From Zootoca vivipara (taxonomy: Eukaryota), in NCBI RefSeq assembly GCF_963506605.1, contig NC_083291.1:38254001-38318000 (forward strand): a stretch of DNA of 64,000 bases, in the 5' to 3' direction. This document shows positions 1 to 27,369 of the stretch, in pieces. The translations under genes were made by a program, and so were the position numbers. How positions within the stretch are numbered: the first letter of the stretch is position 1; each line of letters opens with the position of its first letter. The notes beneath the pieces were generated by a model, which worked only from the letters and a program-made list of their open reading frames with translations, was not told the DNA's origin and searched no databases.

Positions 1-160
1 TGGGTCCCCAAAGAATTTCAGTTGCACCAACTCTGATGCAACCTCAGTTGTTGGGGGAGGGGCGGAGGGGGTCTTTCTCTTGTGAGCAGAAAGATATGGA
101 GATGGAGTGGAAAAATAAACTAGGAATGTCTTCTTGGTCACAATTAGGAGAAATCAATTA

Positions 161-401
161 CAGTGGTACCTCTACTTACAAATAACTCTACTTACAGATT
201 TTTCTACTTACAAATGGCTCCGTCCACCATCTTGGATGCGGTTTAGATAGGATTTTTTCTACTTATGAATTTTTAGATAGGGTTGCTTCAACTTACGAAT
301 TTTTTCTCCCAATGCATTCCTATGGGATTCGACTTACAAATTTTTTCGACTTACAAATGTCTGTTCAGAACGCATTAAATTCGTAAGTAGAGGTACCACT
401 G
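161..401. mobile_element. Tc1/mariner (Tigger/pogo-like) MITE
   Basis: TIRs CAGTGGTACCTCTACTTAC / GTAAGTAGAGGTACCACTG flanked by TA, with internal ACTTAC repeats. Confidence 0.85.
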
Positions 402-550
402 TATAGCTGAATGAATATCTGGAAGAGCCAGTCTCAGATGAGGTGTGGGGTAAAGCCAGTCCCTAATGGGAGTATGGTCCCTTGCATGGGGAAAACTCAG
501 GGGGAGGAAGGATGGGGATGGGGGGGGGGAGAGAAAGAGAAGGGGAGTAG

Positions 551-14166
<13,616 letters not shown>

Positions 14167-16199
14167 GGTGCCGGGTGCGGAGCCGCCGCCGCCGCCCCCC
14201 CAGCCCCGAGCGGAGCCAAGATGGGGCCGCAGCACTGGCAGCCCGGAGAAGGATCCCTCCGTCGCAAACGAGTCCCGGTAGAGGGATCAGTCAGCCACCG
14301 GGAACCGCCCCGCCGAGGTCATTCTCCAAAAGCTCTATGTCGTGAACAAGGGGTGGGCGGGAGGGAGAGGAAGAGGAGTTGAGAGGCGTTAGCCTCTCTC
14401 CTTTCTCAGCCTCCTCTCTGCCCAGATGGTGCTTCCGCGAGAGAGGATGCACACAACAAAACAAGTTCCGGCTCTGCTGCTGCTCTTTCTATTTCTGTCA
14501 TTGCAGGTGGGGGGGGGGGAGAGCAAGGAAGAAGCTCGCAAACCCAGAGGACCCCCCCCAATCTCTCGTCCCCATGGCAACCGTGACAGCACCATTGGCT
14601 TCTTGCGTCCGCCTCAGATAAACAAAACCCGTATTGCTGAGAGGAAAACTCCCTCAGTCCGCCCAGTTAGTGGAGAGTTTGTCAGTCGCGGCGTGAAAAG
14701 TCATCCTCCTCGCCCCCCCCCCCCGCCCTGAAACAACCCCAAATGAAGGAAATCCCTTCGAAACTTATTCTCGGGTCTTGGAGGAGTTACTCCCGCTAAG
14801 GCAAATAGTTCTGTTCCTAATGAAACCCTCTTTGTCAGGGTGGGCACCCATTGCTGAGGGGGATGAAGGTGCCAACTTGAATAAAATGGGGGGCAGGTAG
14901 GCCCCGCCCAGTCGATCGCATGACGCAATGCACGCACACTATTTGAATGGCAATGCCCATCAACTTGGGAAGGGATAAAAGGCCCCCTCAAATATTTTCT
15001 TGGGGGGGCCGGGGGTCGACGATCCCTGCACCCTAGGAGTTGACTCCTATGCGTCGAAGTGTTGCGTGCTATTTCAGTGTCTTATCGCTGCTATCCCTTA
15101 TGATTAGGTCTGGGTCTGCGAGGGGAAAATCCTGTCGTTAAAACGGGCCCAGCTGCTCTACTTCCCTCGCTTTGCAGGCTCGCTAACAGCCCCCACCCCA
15201 CACCATGAGGTGTGCAATGGAGAATAGAGATCTTGTTACTTTTCCACGGTATTGTTAACAAAAGGAATTTAGGGCAGCGTAATTAGCATTGTCTCACAGC
15301 TTTGCAAGTGAGGAAAGTTATATTGTCATAATTCTTCCGTCCGAATCAACACAAACAGAAAGGGACAACAGCCCCCATTCTTCTTGGCATTCAATCATGT
15401 TCCTAGCAAAGTCCACCTTCAAATAAGCATCCTGGGGGCTCCAGCCAACAGAGGCTATCACACAGGTATTAGATAAGTGGACCTTCCTTGTAGCTCACCA
15501 TGCAGTTTATTATTCTGTGGAATCTTCCATTTGGAAAAATGGTAAGGTACATAGACCACTTACATACCCAAAATATATTTAGGGTTACAATGATTCATAG
15601 GAGTCCACTCTTCTTATGTCAATGTTGGCATTGCTTGTTAAACTGATATAGGGTTGCATTTAAAAAATAATACACAGGCACTCCACTGTATATCATGAGG
15701 AGTAAATTTTATCCTTTCCATACTGGTAAGGAAGCTAACCTTTTCCTACCTTCTGTAAAAGCCCAGTTGTCATACCTAAATTGAAGGAGCCTGCCTTGAT
15801 AGTCTAGTTCTTTACATTTATTGATACCAGTTGGGTATCATTACGATGCAAAAGTTTAGAGGCACCAAGCTTATGCTAGTTGCTGAACAATATACTTTTG
15901 AAGATCTGAAACATATAGAAGACAAACACATTCTTACTGTGTTTGTGTGCTTGTTTGTGTGTATGCACACACGTATGTATATATTATGATGTCTTAAAAT
16001 ACCCCCAAAATCACTGTAATGTTGATCATTTATCACTGGACTACAACAATGGTTGCAGGAAGGGGGAGAAAAGAGAGGAAGATTACACACTGAGTAGCAA
16101 GACATTTCTAGTGGTCAACCCCAAAAGAAAGCTGCTTCGGGATCTTTTCACTTGCAGAGTTTCCTAGAGGACACAGACACACACACCCCAGAACTCTCT

Positions 16200-16205
16200 T
16201 TTATT
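16200..16205 (-). terminator. Probable polyadenylation signal of ATP6AP1
   Basis: AATAAA on the minus strand about 630 nt downstream of the stop codon. Confidence 0.65.
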
Positions 16206-16835
16206 CACATCGTTCAAGTTGACTTAACAGCAAGGCGTCACAGGAAGGAAGCCCCCACCCACCCTGATCATGGAGTCCCAAATACTGAGTCACTGTAAAC
16301 AGAATTAATCACAGATACCACATAAATAAATAAGGAGGGGAGCACTTATAATACAGCTGCAAACAAGGGTTTGGGAAGTGGGCAAGGTAAGGAAACTATT
16401 AAACACCACCACCACAAACTTAGATGATGTACATCAGAAAGCAGGCCTGATTCTGTCCCGCTGGACAGAACTGAAGGGGAATGCCAGTGCATCCTTGAAG
16501 ATATTTACCTTCAAGCAAAGTTCAGTGCAGACAGCCTTGATGCTGCAATAGACATAGCACTTCCACACAATAGTAAAACTACACCTCCCCTCTTGTCCCT
16601 TGGGATGTTTTAGGCTGGAGAAGCTAGAAAGAATCAAAGGAGAGAAAAGAAGTGACCAAGGAATGTCAGTGGAGAAGCAGCTATTGGGCAAAAGGAAGAA
16701 AGGCTGGGACCAATAGGGTTTAATGCATTGTGCTGGGCAGGTGGGGGGGAAGGAGATGTGACAACAGATGGAATGAACAGCACAAACCCAGCCCTGTAAG
16801 AAAGATCCCAGGGCAGGGAATACATCAACTGGCCC

Positions 16836-19800
16836 CTACTCTGTCTGGGGCACAGATATGGTAGGTCCCTTGGGGTCATCAAAACGGTCCATAGTCTTGA
16901 GACTCATGACCATGTGGAGGCCATAGGTGAAAATGGCAACAAGCAGCAGGGAGGTCAGCAACCCCATCCAGATTCCAGGAGAGAAGAAGCCGGCACAGTC
17001 ACTGGCGTAAGAAAACCTTTCACCTGTCACGTTATAGCTCTGGATCTAAAAGGAAAGAGAGTTCATGCGTTAGTGACGGAGGCTGATTTGTGGCCCCCCA
17101 CCTCACTCAACACATTCTGTTAACACAGCATAGGATGAAACCTAGTTTTACTTTAGAGGCTGTAAGAGGGCTGTGGGAGGGGGTATAAGAGTCCCTTAGG
17201 GTTTGCTCAGAGAAAGGAAGTGATACCCACACATCTCCCATTGCTAGAAGAGCTTGTAAAGCCTTGATTCAAGGTTGGGGTCACAAAACAGTACAACACA
17301 GGGAGACTGTCAATTAACTGTCTTCCTAAAGGATCTAAAACAGAGGGCAGTGGGGAAAAACTACTGACAAATCCTACCACAGTACATGCTCCCACTGCAA
17401 CATACCTGAAAATTCATCATGAGCACCCTCCACTGGCTAGCAAAACTGTTGTTAGGTATTAACATGGCTTCCGAGGCTGTTGGATGACTGGCCACATAGG
17501 TGCAGGCAAAAGAATAATCACTGGGTGCCACAATCTGGGTGGCATTGAAGAGAGCTGGGGGGTTCTGAGGCCTGACCAGCTCCACATTGTGGAGGGTAAA
17601 CCAGTACCGTGCAGAAACTGGGTACAGGATGTTCGTCATGCGAAACCTGAGAGGAGAACAGGGGTGCAAAGAAAGTGAAGACCAATAGCTGGTAAGGTCA
17701 CCTGGAGCAGATCTCTAATATCCAGTTAGACTCCCCCATCACCCCACCCCAAATCATGAAGTATTTCTCAAACCTCAATTGTAGAACCTCTTTGGAATGG
17801 CAGGGCTCTGTCATCTTACTCCCTGAAATAGTTCCCATCTCCTTTTATTGGGGACTTCTAAACCCCTCTTAAAAGTTTTGACTAAATGTTGCCCCCCTGG
17901 CTGCGTATGGCCTTAGACTCAAAAAGGGAGGCATAAATTGCTACGTGATTATATATGATGTCATAAAAGCAAAACTCCGAGGAGCTGTGTCCATCATACT
18001 TACGTGATTTTCAATGGAGCCCCACCCACATTTGAGTATTTCAGTACCAACCTACAATGCGGAAAGAAAACAGAAGCGTTAAAACCTGCAATATACATCC
18101 CCTCAAGTCTACATAGCCCTGGGACAACATTTCCCCTCCCACCCATCATTTCTATAGCCTTGCCTCAGCCCTTAACCAATTTCGTGAGAAGAGGGAGTAT
18201 TTTAAGCCCAGTTTCTAGTTCGTAAGACCACAGAGAGTCAAGTTGCAGGGAAATGCAGGCATTCTGAGATCTCGTCCAGGAACCCAGAGACAGTGGTGAG
18301 CAGGACTCTTCATGGTTTGGAGACAGGGCTTCCACCCCCGCCCCCCACCCCCATCATGGCTGGAGAAGCAAAACTGCACCAATCTGTAATTATTTGGAGA
18401 TTGTTTGCGAGCCACCATCTGGCTGTTTGTGCATAGTGCACATGTTGTCTTGTGTCCGAGTTTTATTGGCGTAGCTCAGAAGATAAGCCATTTTTGGCTT
18501 ACAACACACACACATTTGATCCTCTTCAGCACCACTGGCAGCCAACATCCTTACTGCACCCACACACTTTCCCCAACTGTCCCAGCCCTCTCTTCTTCAT
18601 TCCTACCATCCATCCATCATGCACCTAATCTCAGATCCCTTGCCCAGCCCTCAACTCACTCAGAAGCATTAGATGTCCACTTGGACTCATCCACATTGAC
18701 CGAGCGTTGCTCTCCAAATGTGAGGTTAGTAAGATCATGCCATGTTGTGCCATTAAAAGCCACGGAGAAGTTGCTGGCCCAGAAGAGTATCAGTGGGGTC
18801 CCAGTGGCAGGGTACCGAAGTGGTGCAGCCGCAGTTTCCTTCTGGAGCAGCTGCCGACCCAGCCTCTCAGGAACCATATCAGAGATATCTCGAACAACCT
18901 GGAGAGGGAGAAAATAGGGCAGAAGGGGATCAAAATGGGATTGAGAGGCTCCAGAGAACTGCCGGTGCTGCAACTTTAAGTGCCTTCCCCAAATGAGCCT
19001 CCCTTCCCCACACCTCTTGCTTTGCTTAGGCAAGCTCAGGATGCATTGCTTTAAGAGCCATGGGTATCCATAGTCATTGTGGTAGCCAAACACAGCAGCG
19101 CCCACTCAATAATGACACTGGTTCCCTGGAAAACTTGCCCTAAAAGCTTACCAAGCTCCTATAGCAGGCTTCCTCAACCTCAGCCCTCCAGATGTTTGTT
19201 TTGCCTACAACTCCCATGATCCCTAGCTAGCAGGGGATGATGGGAATTGTAGTCTCAAAACATCTGGAGGGCCGAGGTTGAGGAAGCCTGTCCCATAGTG
19301 TTGGGTTTCTGAGCAAAAAACATAAAACAAAACAAAACACTTTGTTTTTAAAGAGTGTTTGGATAACCCTGCTGGTTTTAGAACTATCTTAAGGTATTTT
19401 TAGTTTACTGTATTTTAATTGTTCTTAAATGTTTGCATCCCATTAATGTGCCTGCCTTGGGATCAATGTTTGGCGGCCTAAAGGCAGGGCATAAATGGAA
19501 CATATTAAGTTAATGAGGTGAAAGGACATTTCCGGGAATGGGGAAACACTCAGAGCAGGTATCTAACCAAGGTAGGATAGGAATCTAAAGAGCCATGTAC
19601 CCGTGAGGGCCGCAAAGCAGTCAGGATGGCCGTGTAGGGGATGTCCTCTGACTGAAGAGCACTCAAAACTTGTCCAAGGATTTCATCTGCAAGGAGAAAT
19701 CTTGTTTTAGAAAGAGAAACTCTCTAAAGGCTAGAGACTCCCACTTACAAAAGCACAAGCTCATGAAAAAACTTCAGCCCTAAGCAGCGCCACTTGTATC

Positions 19801-22800
19801 CTAAGAATCCAGCCTCATTTATAAACGCACCAAACTTCCTGGCTTTCCTATAAGACTAGTGTCCCTTCTCAGAGAACAACAGTCACTTTACAGCTATGGC
19901 TCACTTGCATGCATTAATTCACAGAGAATTATGCAAATTGTAGTTGCTCCCCCACTCCCTATTTACTGAACATATCCTGCCCTTCTTCCTGAAGGAGCCC
20001 AAGACCTCAAACTGCGAGGCAACAAATACCCACCGAGAAAGCAAGGCCAACCTTGGTGTCAGTATACCCTCTAGACCTTCCAAGCAGCGACCTCTCAACC
20101 CAAACTCAGCCCCATCCTGAAAGCTTCCAAACAACCCTGCTCCACAATGCTCACCATTGCTGGTCAGAACTTCCTTTGGGGCCATGAGACTAGAGCTGGA
20201 AGGTGGGGGATGAGGAGAGAGAGAGAAATAAGTTCTGTTATCTTCTTTATATAGGAAATGTCATCAATGCCGTCCTAGCTGGCGGGAAAGGTTTGTGTCA
20301 TTGGTTCAATGGCACCTGTGACCATACTGCGTCTCCATGTACAATTATCTGGGATAGAAGAGAGTCCACAACGTTGGCAACTGAATGTACATTTTAAGAC
20401 CATGCAGTAGCACTGATGGGTTTGTTTGGAACACCAGGGCAGCTGTCCTTGGCCTGATGCCCTCCAGATGTTCTAGGCTACAATCCCCATCAGCCCCAGC
20501 CAGCATGGCCAACCATCAGGCATGGTGGGAGTTGTAGTACAACAACTTCTGGAGGGCAGCTGGTTGGGGAAGGCTGTGCTAAGGGAAGTATAATATACAC
20601 TTGGGAACAGGGAGTTTTGAAGCAGAAAAGGAGGGATGCGTCCATATATCCTATAAGAACAGGAATGTATAAGTGCCAAGAAACAACAGCAGGCTGGAAG
20701 GACTAGGTGCAGCAGAACAGGTTGAAGACATTAAGATCTTGGGGTGCCAAATGATGCTGAGATGTCTAAGGCTTTAAATTCAGCAACCGTAAGAGCTGGA
20801 AACTTGCTTTTTCAAAGTTAAAATAAGATAAGTTTCTCAGGATGTTTAATTTCATGCTAAACAGCACGCTCTGTTCTTTGGAAGTTAACCTCACGGACAC
20901 ATGAATACACCAGGGCAGCTCATGCATTAGGGGAGGTAAAGCAATTTGCTTTAGTCGCAAGATTCCCCCACATCACTGTGCTGCTGCCAGCCCCACCAGG
21001 GCTTCATCTGCACTGCTAACCTGGCCCCAATGCCTTCGCCATTGCACCCTTACCGCTGCTGCTGCATTGTGGCAGCAACACAGCCACAGGTACAGTTGTG
21101 GTGATGGGACTGGCAGTAGCGCAGGCATGACAGTGGGGGGCCCAGACCTGCCGGGGGGGCGGGCATTGTCGTGGGCCAGTCAGAAGATTCCACTTTGCAT
21201 CCAGTGCCATGGGGCCCCTTGGCAACGCAAAGAAATGTACTGGTTACAAACCCAGTGGCATACGGCAGTCGTATCAACAGCAGGGCTGGCAGGCTGGCAT
21301 TGAGCCGCAGCTCCTGCAAGGTGTTCTGATCTACGTGAAGAGGAGATATGCCCAGCTTGGCCTTCAAGAAGGCGGGGACAGCACTGGCTGCAAACCAATC
21401 CACAGATGGAAGCACCAAGGACGACGGAGCGGCACCAAGTGCATTCTGTCAAAAAGACAGGGTTAAGAGTTAGAGCCAGAGCCACAGGATTTTCTAAGGC
21501 AAACAGCATGCCTCCCCCAGCCTGGTGCTTTCCAGATAATGTTGGACAACAACACCCATCATCAATGGCCACATGGCTGTGGCTGGAATTCAGAGCTCAA
21601 TCCGAGACATGCAACTTTCTGAAAATGTACAATGCGTTGAACATGAAAGTTGTGTGTTGAGAAGGCTTATTGTCAATAACCCCCACTTGCAAGGCATCTA
21701 AAATTCTGTGTGGCCACAAGAGGTACACTAATGAACCACAGATAGTTTGCAGTAAAGACAGAGATATACGTTTGTATTGCATAAGAAATCCAGCAGCCGT
21801 TTAAATCCAGACATGTCCATTTTGCTTGATGAAAAGGGTCGGACTTTCCAGAATGAACTTAGTCCATGTTCTGAACATATAGTGGAAAACATACACACTG
21901 CTTCTCCTTTGATCAAGCTTATGCACCCTTCTAAGAATGCTTCCAGGCGGCTTCTTCCCCCAGCAACAGCAGTTTAAAAACTTAAAAACAGTGGGCAGGT
22001 TGGTAAGAGAGGCAGAGGTGTTATTTCATAGAAGTCGTACATGTAGGATGAGAATTTGGCACTAACACTGCTGGCATTACATTGCAGATTTACAGTATTT
22101 TTATCCTGCTCTCCATCATAAAGGAAAATGAAAGGAATGCTAGGGGGGGCTTACATATCTCAATAATAAGACAGTCCCTGCCTTCAGGCTTACAATTTAG
22201 AAGTCACAACACAAAAGGAAAAAGGAATTGGCGAGTGGGAGAAGCAAATTTAGGCACTAGTTCTTAGTTACAGAATTTTTGAAACAACTAGTTAGACTGG
22301 AACGAGTTCAAGGAGAGAAGGAGCCAGAAACTGCTAAGTCTTTCAGCCGAGTCAACGGACAGGCCCTGCATTCCCATCTCTCCCTCTGCTATTGTCTGAT
22401 AGAATGGCTGCTGCTAGATGACAGTGGAGGCAGGAGCCAGGTGAACTACTAAAGGCCAGCATGACAATCTACTGATTCCTAGCATAAAGTAATTCTAAAA
22501 ATTGTCTCTAAGAAGAAGGTAGTGTTTCCCTGCCCAGTGCATGTGATGCTCAGTTCATGCACTGGCTGTTTCACTCTTTCCAAGGACATCATTCCCCACG
22601 GCAGTGAATCATTTCCATCTCTAGAAAGAACTTCTCTAAAGCCAGAAGTTAGGTTTTGTGCAACACACTTTTGAAGCATTTCAGAATCCTACCCTGATGA
22701 AAAATATTTAGCATCTTCAGCAGGGTATTCTATGTTTCTTTTATATTGCAATTTGTAATTTCTTTTCCAAAAAATATAATTTATTTAGGTTTCTCACACA

Positions 22801-25800
22801 CCTTGGGTTCTTTGGAAGAGCCAATATCGAGCAAAGCCTCTGACAGCTTAGAAAGAAGTTATTGTTGCATTATCTTTTATTTAATTCAGAAGAGAGGTGA
22901 AGGTACAGAGAGGAAATGTACATGTACTTAATTTTTTGTCTGACCTACACCCAACTATTGGCATCTTCCAATTCTAGCCAATACAAAACTTAGTTAGAGC
23001 TTGCTAACGTTGTAGCTAGAATAAAGGATAATCAAAGTTTTATTGCACACTTTGTCCAAGGCTGCAAGTTTCTCCCTCACCCCCCAGTTCAAGTTATTTT
23101 TCTTCACTTTATCCTCTAATCCAGCCTTTCTTAACCTTGGGTCCCAAGATATTGCTGTACTACAACCCCCATCTTCCCTGACCACTGGTCCTACTGGCTA
23201 GGGATGATGAGAGTTGTAGTCCAACATTTGGGGACCCAAGGTTGATAAAGATTGCTGCAACCCAAGGAAGTGGAACCTGTGTCCCTTAACATGCCCATTA
23301 TCCCTCACTATTGGCCATGCTGGCTGGAACTGATGGCAACATCTGAAGGGCCTGTATACCAACAGAGGATCAAAGAGCAAGTGCGAGATGTTCCAACTTA
23401 CACTGCAGACCATGAAAAGAGGAGGAATGGAAAAAGCACAATCCTAGTTAGCTGTACCAGAACTTGAATTTACAAATGCTCTTAAAGTTCCTCTTTTTTA
23501 TTTATATTCTTGACACAGCACAGCAGTGCAGTGGCCCATCGAAAGTATAGACGTATATATAAAAGCAGGGGGAGACACCCGCAACTCACCTAAAGTATAG
23601 CTCCCCATTTCTCACTTACCTCCAGATTGGGGAAGGCACTGTCTGGCTTGTTTCCAAAAACCCCTCCATAGGCTGTGAAATCCTCAACACTGAGCTGGGA
23701 AAGAAGATTGATTTTAAACAACTTTTTAAAAGTACAATTTTTAATGTTTCACAGTGATGCTTTTGTATTGTGTTTAAAAATATATTTTCATTCTGATTGT
23801 AGTTCAAACACACAGAATAAAGAAAAAACTAGGGGCAGGGGAAAGCTTTTGACAGCAAGCACTCTGCAGGCTCCCAAACCCTCCAGATTAGAAGCAGCCT
23901 AGCTTCTCCAGCCTCCATCTTATATCCCCCCCCAAAAAAATCATGTTAAGAAACAGTAGATGCAAAAAACAGCCTAGCCACAATTAGACTCAATCATCAG
24001 AGGAACTAGCAAAGAGAAGGGGGGGGTGAGACATGTAATGAGGAAGTGATAAATAGAGAGTCATGAGACACCCAATTCACATGACCAGCAGAAAAAAGTT
24101 TCTTCTCCTTTATGCTGTACAAGCTCTGAAAAGGCTACAAGCAACTCTTTCTGCCAAAGCACCAAATGGATGAAATGGGTGGAAACAGCCCTTTCAACAA
24201 TTATTGAATTATGCAGTTGAAAAAAGGCAATTTCCAGAAGATAATTCCGACCTCTGAAATGAGAACTAGATTAAGTGGGGGAGAGGTAGCTGAAGGGTAT
24301 GCCTGCAGTAAAAAGTGAATAACTGAAAACGGCCACGTCCCAACCATAAAAGAGCCAAGCGTGTTTTGCTTGGAGAAGAGGAGATTAAGGGAAAACATGA
24401 CAGTGGTCTCCAAATATCTGAAGGGGTGTCATGCAGAAGATGAAGCAAAATTGTTCTCTGCTGTCAAGAGAGCAGGACTAGAAGGTATGGGCAAAAATTG
24501 CAGGGAAGCAGGTTTTGACTAAATAGTGGAAGAAACTTCCTATTGCTGAGAGCTATTTAAGCAGAAGCTGGATGGCCATCTGCCAGGGATGCTTCCTGCA
24601 TGGCACAGCCTACACTGAGCATAGGTTTAAGCTAAATGACCTCCATAATTCTACGAACTCTCAGCACTGTCACAACAAACCCCAGGGTTCCTTAGGAAGG
24701 AAAACTTTTCACTGAAGATCTGCATCCGCGGTGCATTTGTGTCCTCAGCAAAGAGTTCTGCCAGGGGCCAGACTCACTTTCTCCTGAAGGAACAGCAGCA
24801 CATTGTGAGGTCCGCCGTCTAGTGCAGAGTCCAGTAAAGCTGCAAGCTGAGTTTCTGTCACCACATGGCCCTCGTGTGGTACTGCCAAGGGAGACCATAA
24901 GGAGCTGTATTCACAGAACGAAGAGAGACAGTGAGAAAGGGATAGACACAGAAACAGGGTCATAAAAAGAGCAGTTGTGGGCACATAGATGGTCTTTTAT
25001 TTCACAGGTGCCATCTCCCTACTCTTAGACCAGCAGACAGGAATACAGTCGTACCTTGGACTTCCAAAGCTTTTGAAAACCAAGTCACGGCTTCTGATTG
25101 GCTGCAGGAAGCCATGGAAGCCCCATCGGACGTTTGGATTCCAAAATATTGTTCACAAACCGGAACAATCACTTTGCAGCGTCCGGGAGCCAAAACATCC
25201 AAGTTCCAGGGCGTTCGGGATCCAAGGTACGACTGTATATTTGTCTGTTTCATGAGGACTGAAGGGCTACTTCACCCATTACAAAACAAAGGGCAGAGAA
25301 ACCCAATGAAGGTTTGTGTTCACTATATGGTTGCTGATGAGGCCAACTCAGGCCCCATCTACACTCTGCTGTACATTTAAAGCAATATCATACTGCTTTA
25401 AACAGTCATGGCTTCCCCTACAGCATCCTAGGAAATGTTTACAGAGTTCTCCGGAAAGAGGGATTGACTGCTAAACCACTTTGAGAATTGGAGCTCTGCA
25501 AAAGAAATGGGTGTGTGTGTGTTTCTCCAAACAACTCTCAGCATGCTTTAAAAACTGCAGCTCCCAGGATGCTTCATGAGAAGCCCCAATGGTTTTGATG
25601 ATGCTTTAAATGTATACTGTAGTGCAGATGGAGCTTAGTGCTCAAAGTTATGTGCCATGTGCAGGCTGGGTTCAAACCCCCCAACTCAACCATATTCTCA
25701 GAGGGGAAATCACCATTGTTAGCTTCTACAACTGAAAAAGGAGAACAAACCACACAATTCCAAAGAGGAGCAAGACAGTACAATATCAAATATCTTCTCT

Positions 25801-26912
25801 AAAACCTGGATTCTACTTAAACAAAAAGGGGGTGGTGGTAGGAAAACCAAATGCCAATCCTTCTCACACCCACACCAGGTTGGTCACTAAATGTTTCAAG
25901 GACACAAACACTTCTGCACTTGCACAGTCTTAAATCAGACTCTGGTCAACTGACCATGGGTTGTTCATCCTCATCCAAGTCTATTGGCTAAGGCAGCCTT
26001 CCATAGTCTAGTGCCCTCCAAATGATTTGGAGTACAATACCCATGGTGGCTGGGGCTGATAGGAGTTGTAGTCCATAATGTCTGGAGAGCACCAGACTGA
26101 GGTGAGGGCAGTCCAAAGAAGCCTTTTTAAATTCCCAATTCCACCTCCAATACAATTTCTCACTTTAGAACTGTAGCTCCGCCTTGCCAGACAACACCAC
26201 CCTTGCAAACATGCATTTGTGTTGCGTTTCTAAGTACAGTGCAGCACACTTTCAATACCTGAAGCCGCTAGTGTGAACAAGGACAGCCCAGAGCAACTGA
26301 AGAGACATTGGGTCAGTGGTTCTCAAGCTTTTCTTGTCTGGGCCATACTTTCAGAATAGAAATTTGCTTGTGGCCCACCGAATACATTGGAAACCAAAAG
26401 GAAACAACTCCTGGCAGTGCTTAATTTATAACACAGAACACAACTGCTTTATAATATGATCATGGGACATCTAGAGGGTACAAAACAATGCAGCTACATA
26501 AGAACATGAATCAGTACATTCAGTAGAGCATGAGACGCTTCATCTCAGGGTTTGTGGGCTCCAGCCCCAAGTTGGGCAAAAGATTCCTGCACTGCAGGAG
26601 GCTGGAGTAGATGACCCTCGCGGTCCCTTCTAACTCTACAATCCTATGATTCCCAAAATATAGTGATTGCCCTTGAATCTTCCCCCCTTTGGAGAACCAC
26701 TGCATTCGGGGGAAGAGGCTAGTTGCCCGTGCGCATCAAGCCGTCTGCGGATTTGCCCCCAGGTCGAGGCGAGCCTCACCGCACACCCCCAGCCCAGGGC
26801 CACCCACATACCTGCGGCTGGACCAAGCCACCAAGGGCACCTGCCCTGTCTGCGCGGACACCAGACCCAGCAGCGCCAGCAGAAGAAACCCGGCCGCCTC
26901 CCGCAACGCCAT
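16836..26912 (-). CDS. ATP6AP1: V-type proton ATPase accessory subunit S1 (Ac45), 10 exons, 453 aa
   Basis: Exons: 26812-26912, 24778-24904, 23620-23694, 21252-21445, 20155-20195, 19601-19686, 18660-18898, 18004-18051, 17406-17646, 16836-17045; total 1362 nt, phases compatible. Signal peptide [20 protein letters not shown], furin-type RPSRVVR site, and C-terminal [40 protein letters not shown]. Confidence 0.96.
19165..19290. mobile_element. Palindromic hAT MITE
   Basis: TIRs CAGGCTTCCTCAACCTC / GAGGTTGAGGAAGCCTG and 8-bp TSD tcctatag/tcccatag. Confidence 0.85.
24348..24656 (+). mobile_element. Degraded CR1 LINE 3' fragment
   Basis: ttggagaagaggagattaagggaaaacatga...gaaacttcct, similar to the CR1 at 7969. 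Confidence 0.65.
25046..25235. mobile_element. Tigger/pogo-like MITE
   Basis: TIRs CAGTCGTACCTTGGA / TCCAAGGTACGACTG with TA flanks. Confidence 0.8.
26520..26652 (+). mobile_element. tRNA-derived SINE with CR1-type tail
   Basis: tRNA-like head tcagtagagcatgagac... and tail ggtcccttctaactctacaatcctatgattc. Confidence 0.65.
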
Positions 26913-27220
26913 CTTGCCTTCCCTTCTTCCTTGCTCCTTGCAGCAGCAACCCTTCCCCTGCGCGCCCCAGCCAATCAGGACGCTGGGAGATGCGACGCCC
27001 GGGGAGGCAGCCAGTCTGGGCGCGAGGCGGGGCCAGCGGCAGCCAATGGGACCCTCCAACTCCGCGCTGTTTCCTCCTCCGCCACCCGGCCTCCGACTTC
27101 CTGCCCTTCTTACCCCTGTTCTGCAAAACCCGCAGCTCCGGTGATTCATTCCCGTCCGCTGTCGCGCGTTTGGCTCGGCGAGAGGCCAGGCCAGCTTCGC
27201 CAGCTTTGGCCACAGTGACG
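26700..27220 (-). promoter_or_regulatory. CpG island / promoter of ATP6AP1
   Basis: CpG-rich region with two CCAAT boxes (about 26971 and 27043) and a GC box just upstream of the ATG. Confidence 0.7.
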
Positions 27221-27369
27221 CAGGCCTCGGCTACGTCTCATGTTGACTACTGTAGCGCACTCGATGTGGGACTGCCCTTGGAGAGTGCTCTGACCCGGGC
27301 TGGTTATCTAGGAGAACACGGTTCCCTTGCTAGAATACTCTCCTCAGAGAGGCTCGCTTGGCACCTTCA

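Noticed and set aside
161-401. CRISPR-like regularly spaced ACTTAC repeats
   Set aside because: Eukaryotic MITE subterminal repeats between TIRs, with irregular spacing and no cas genes.
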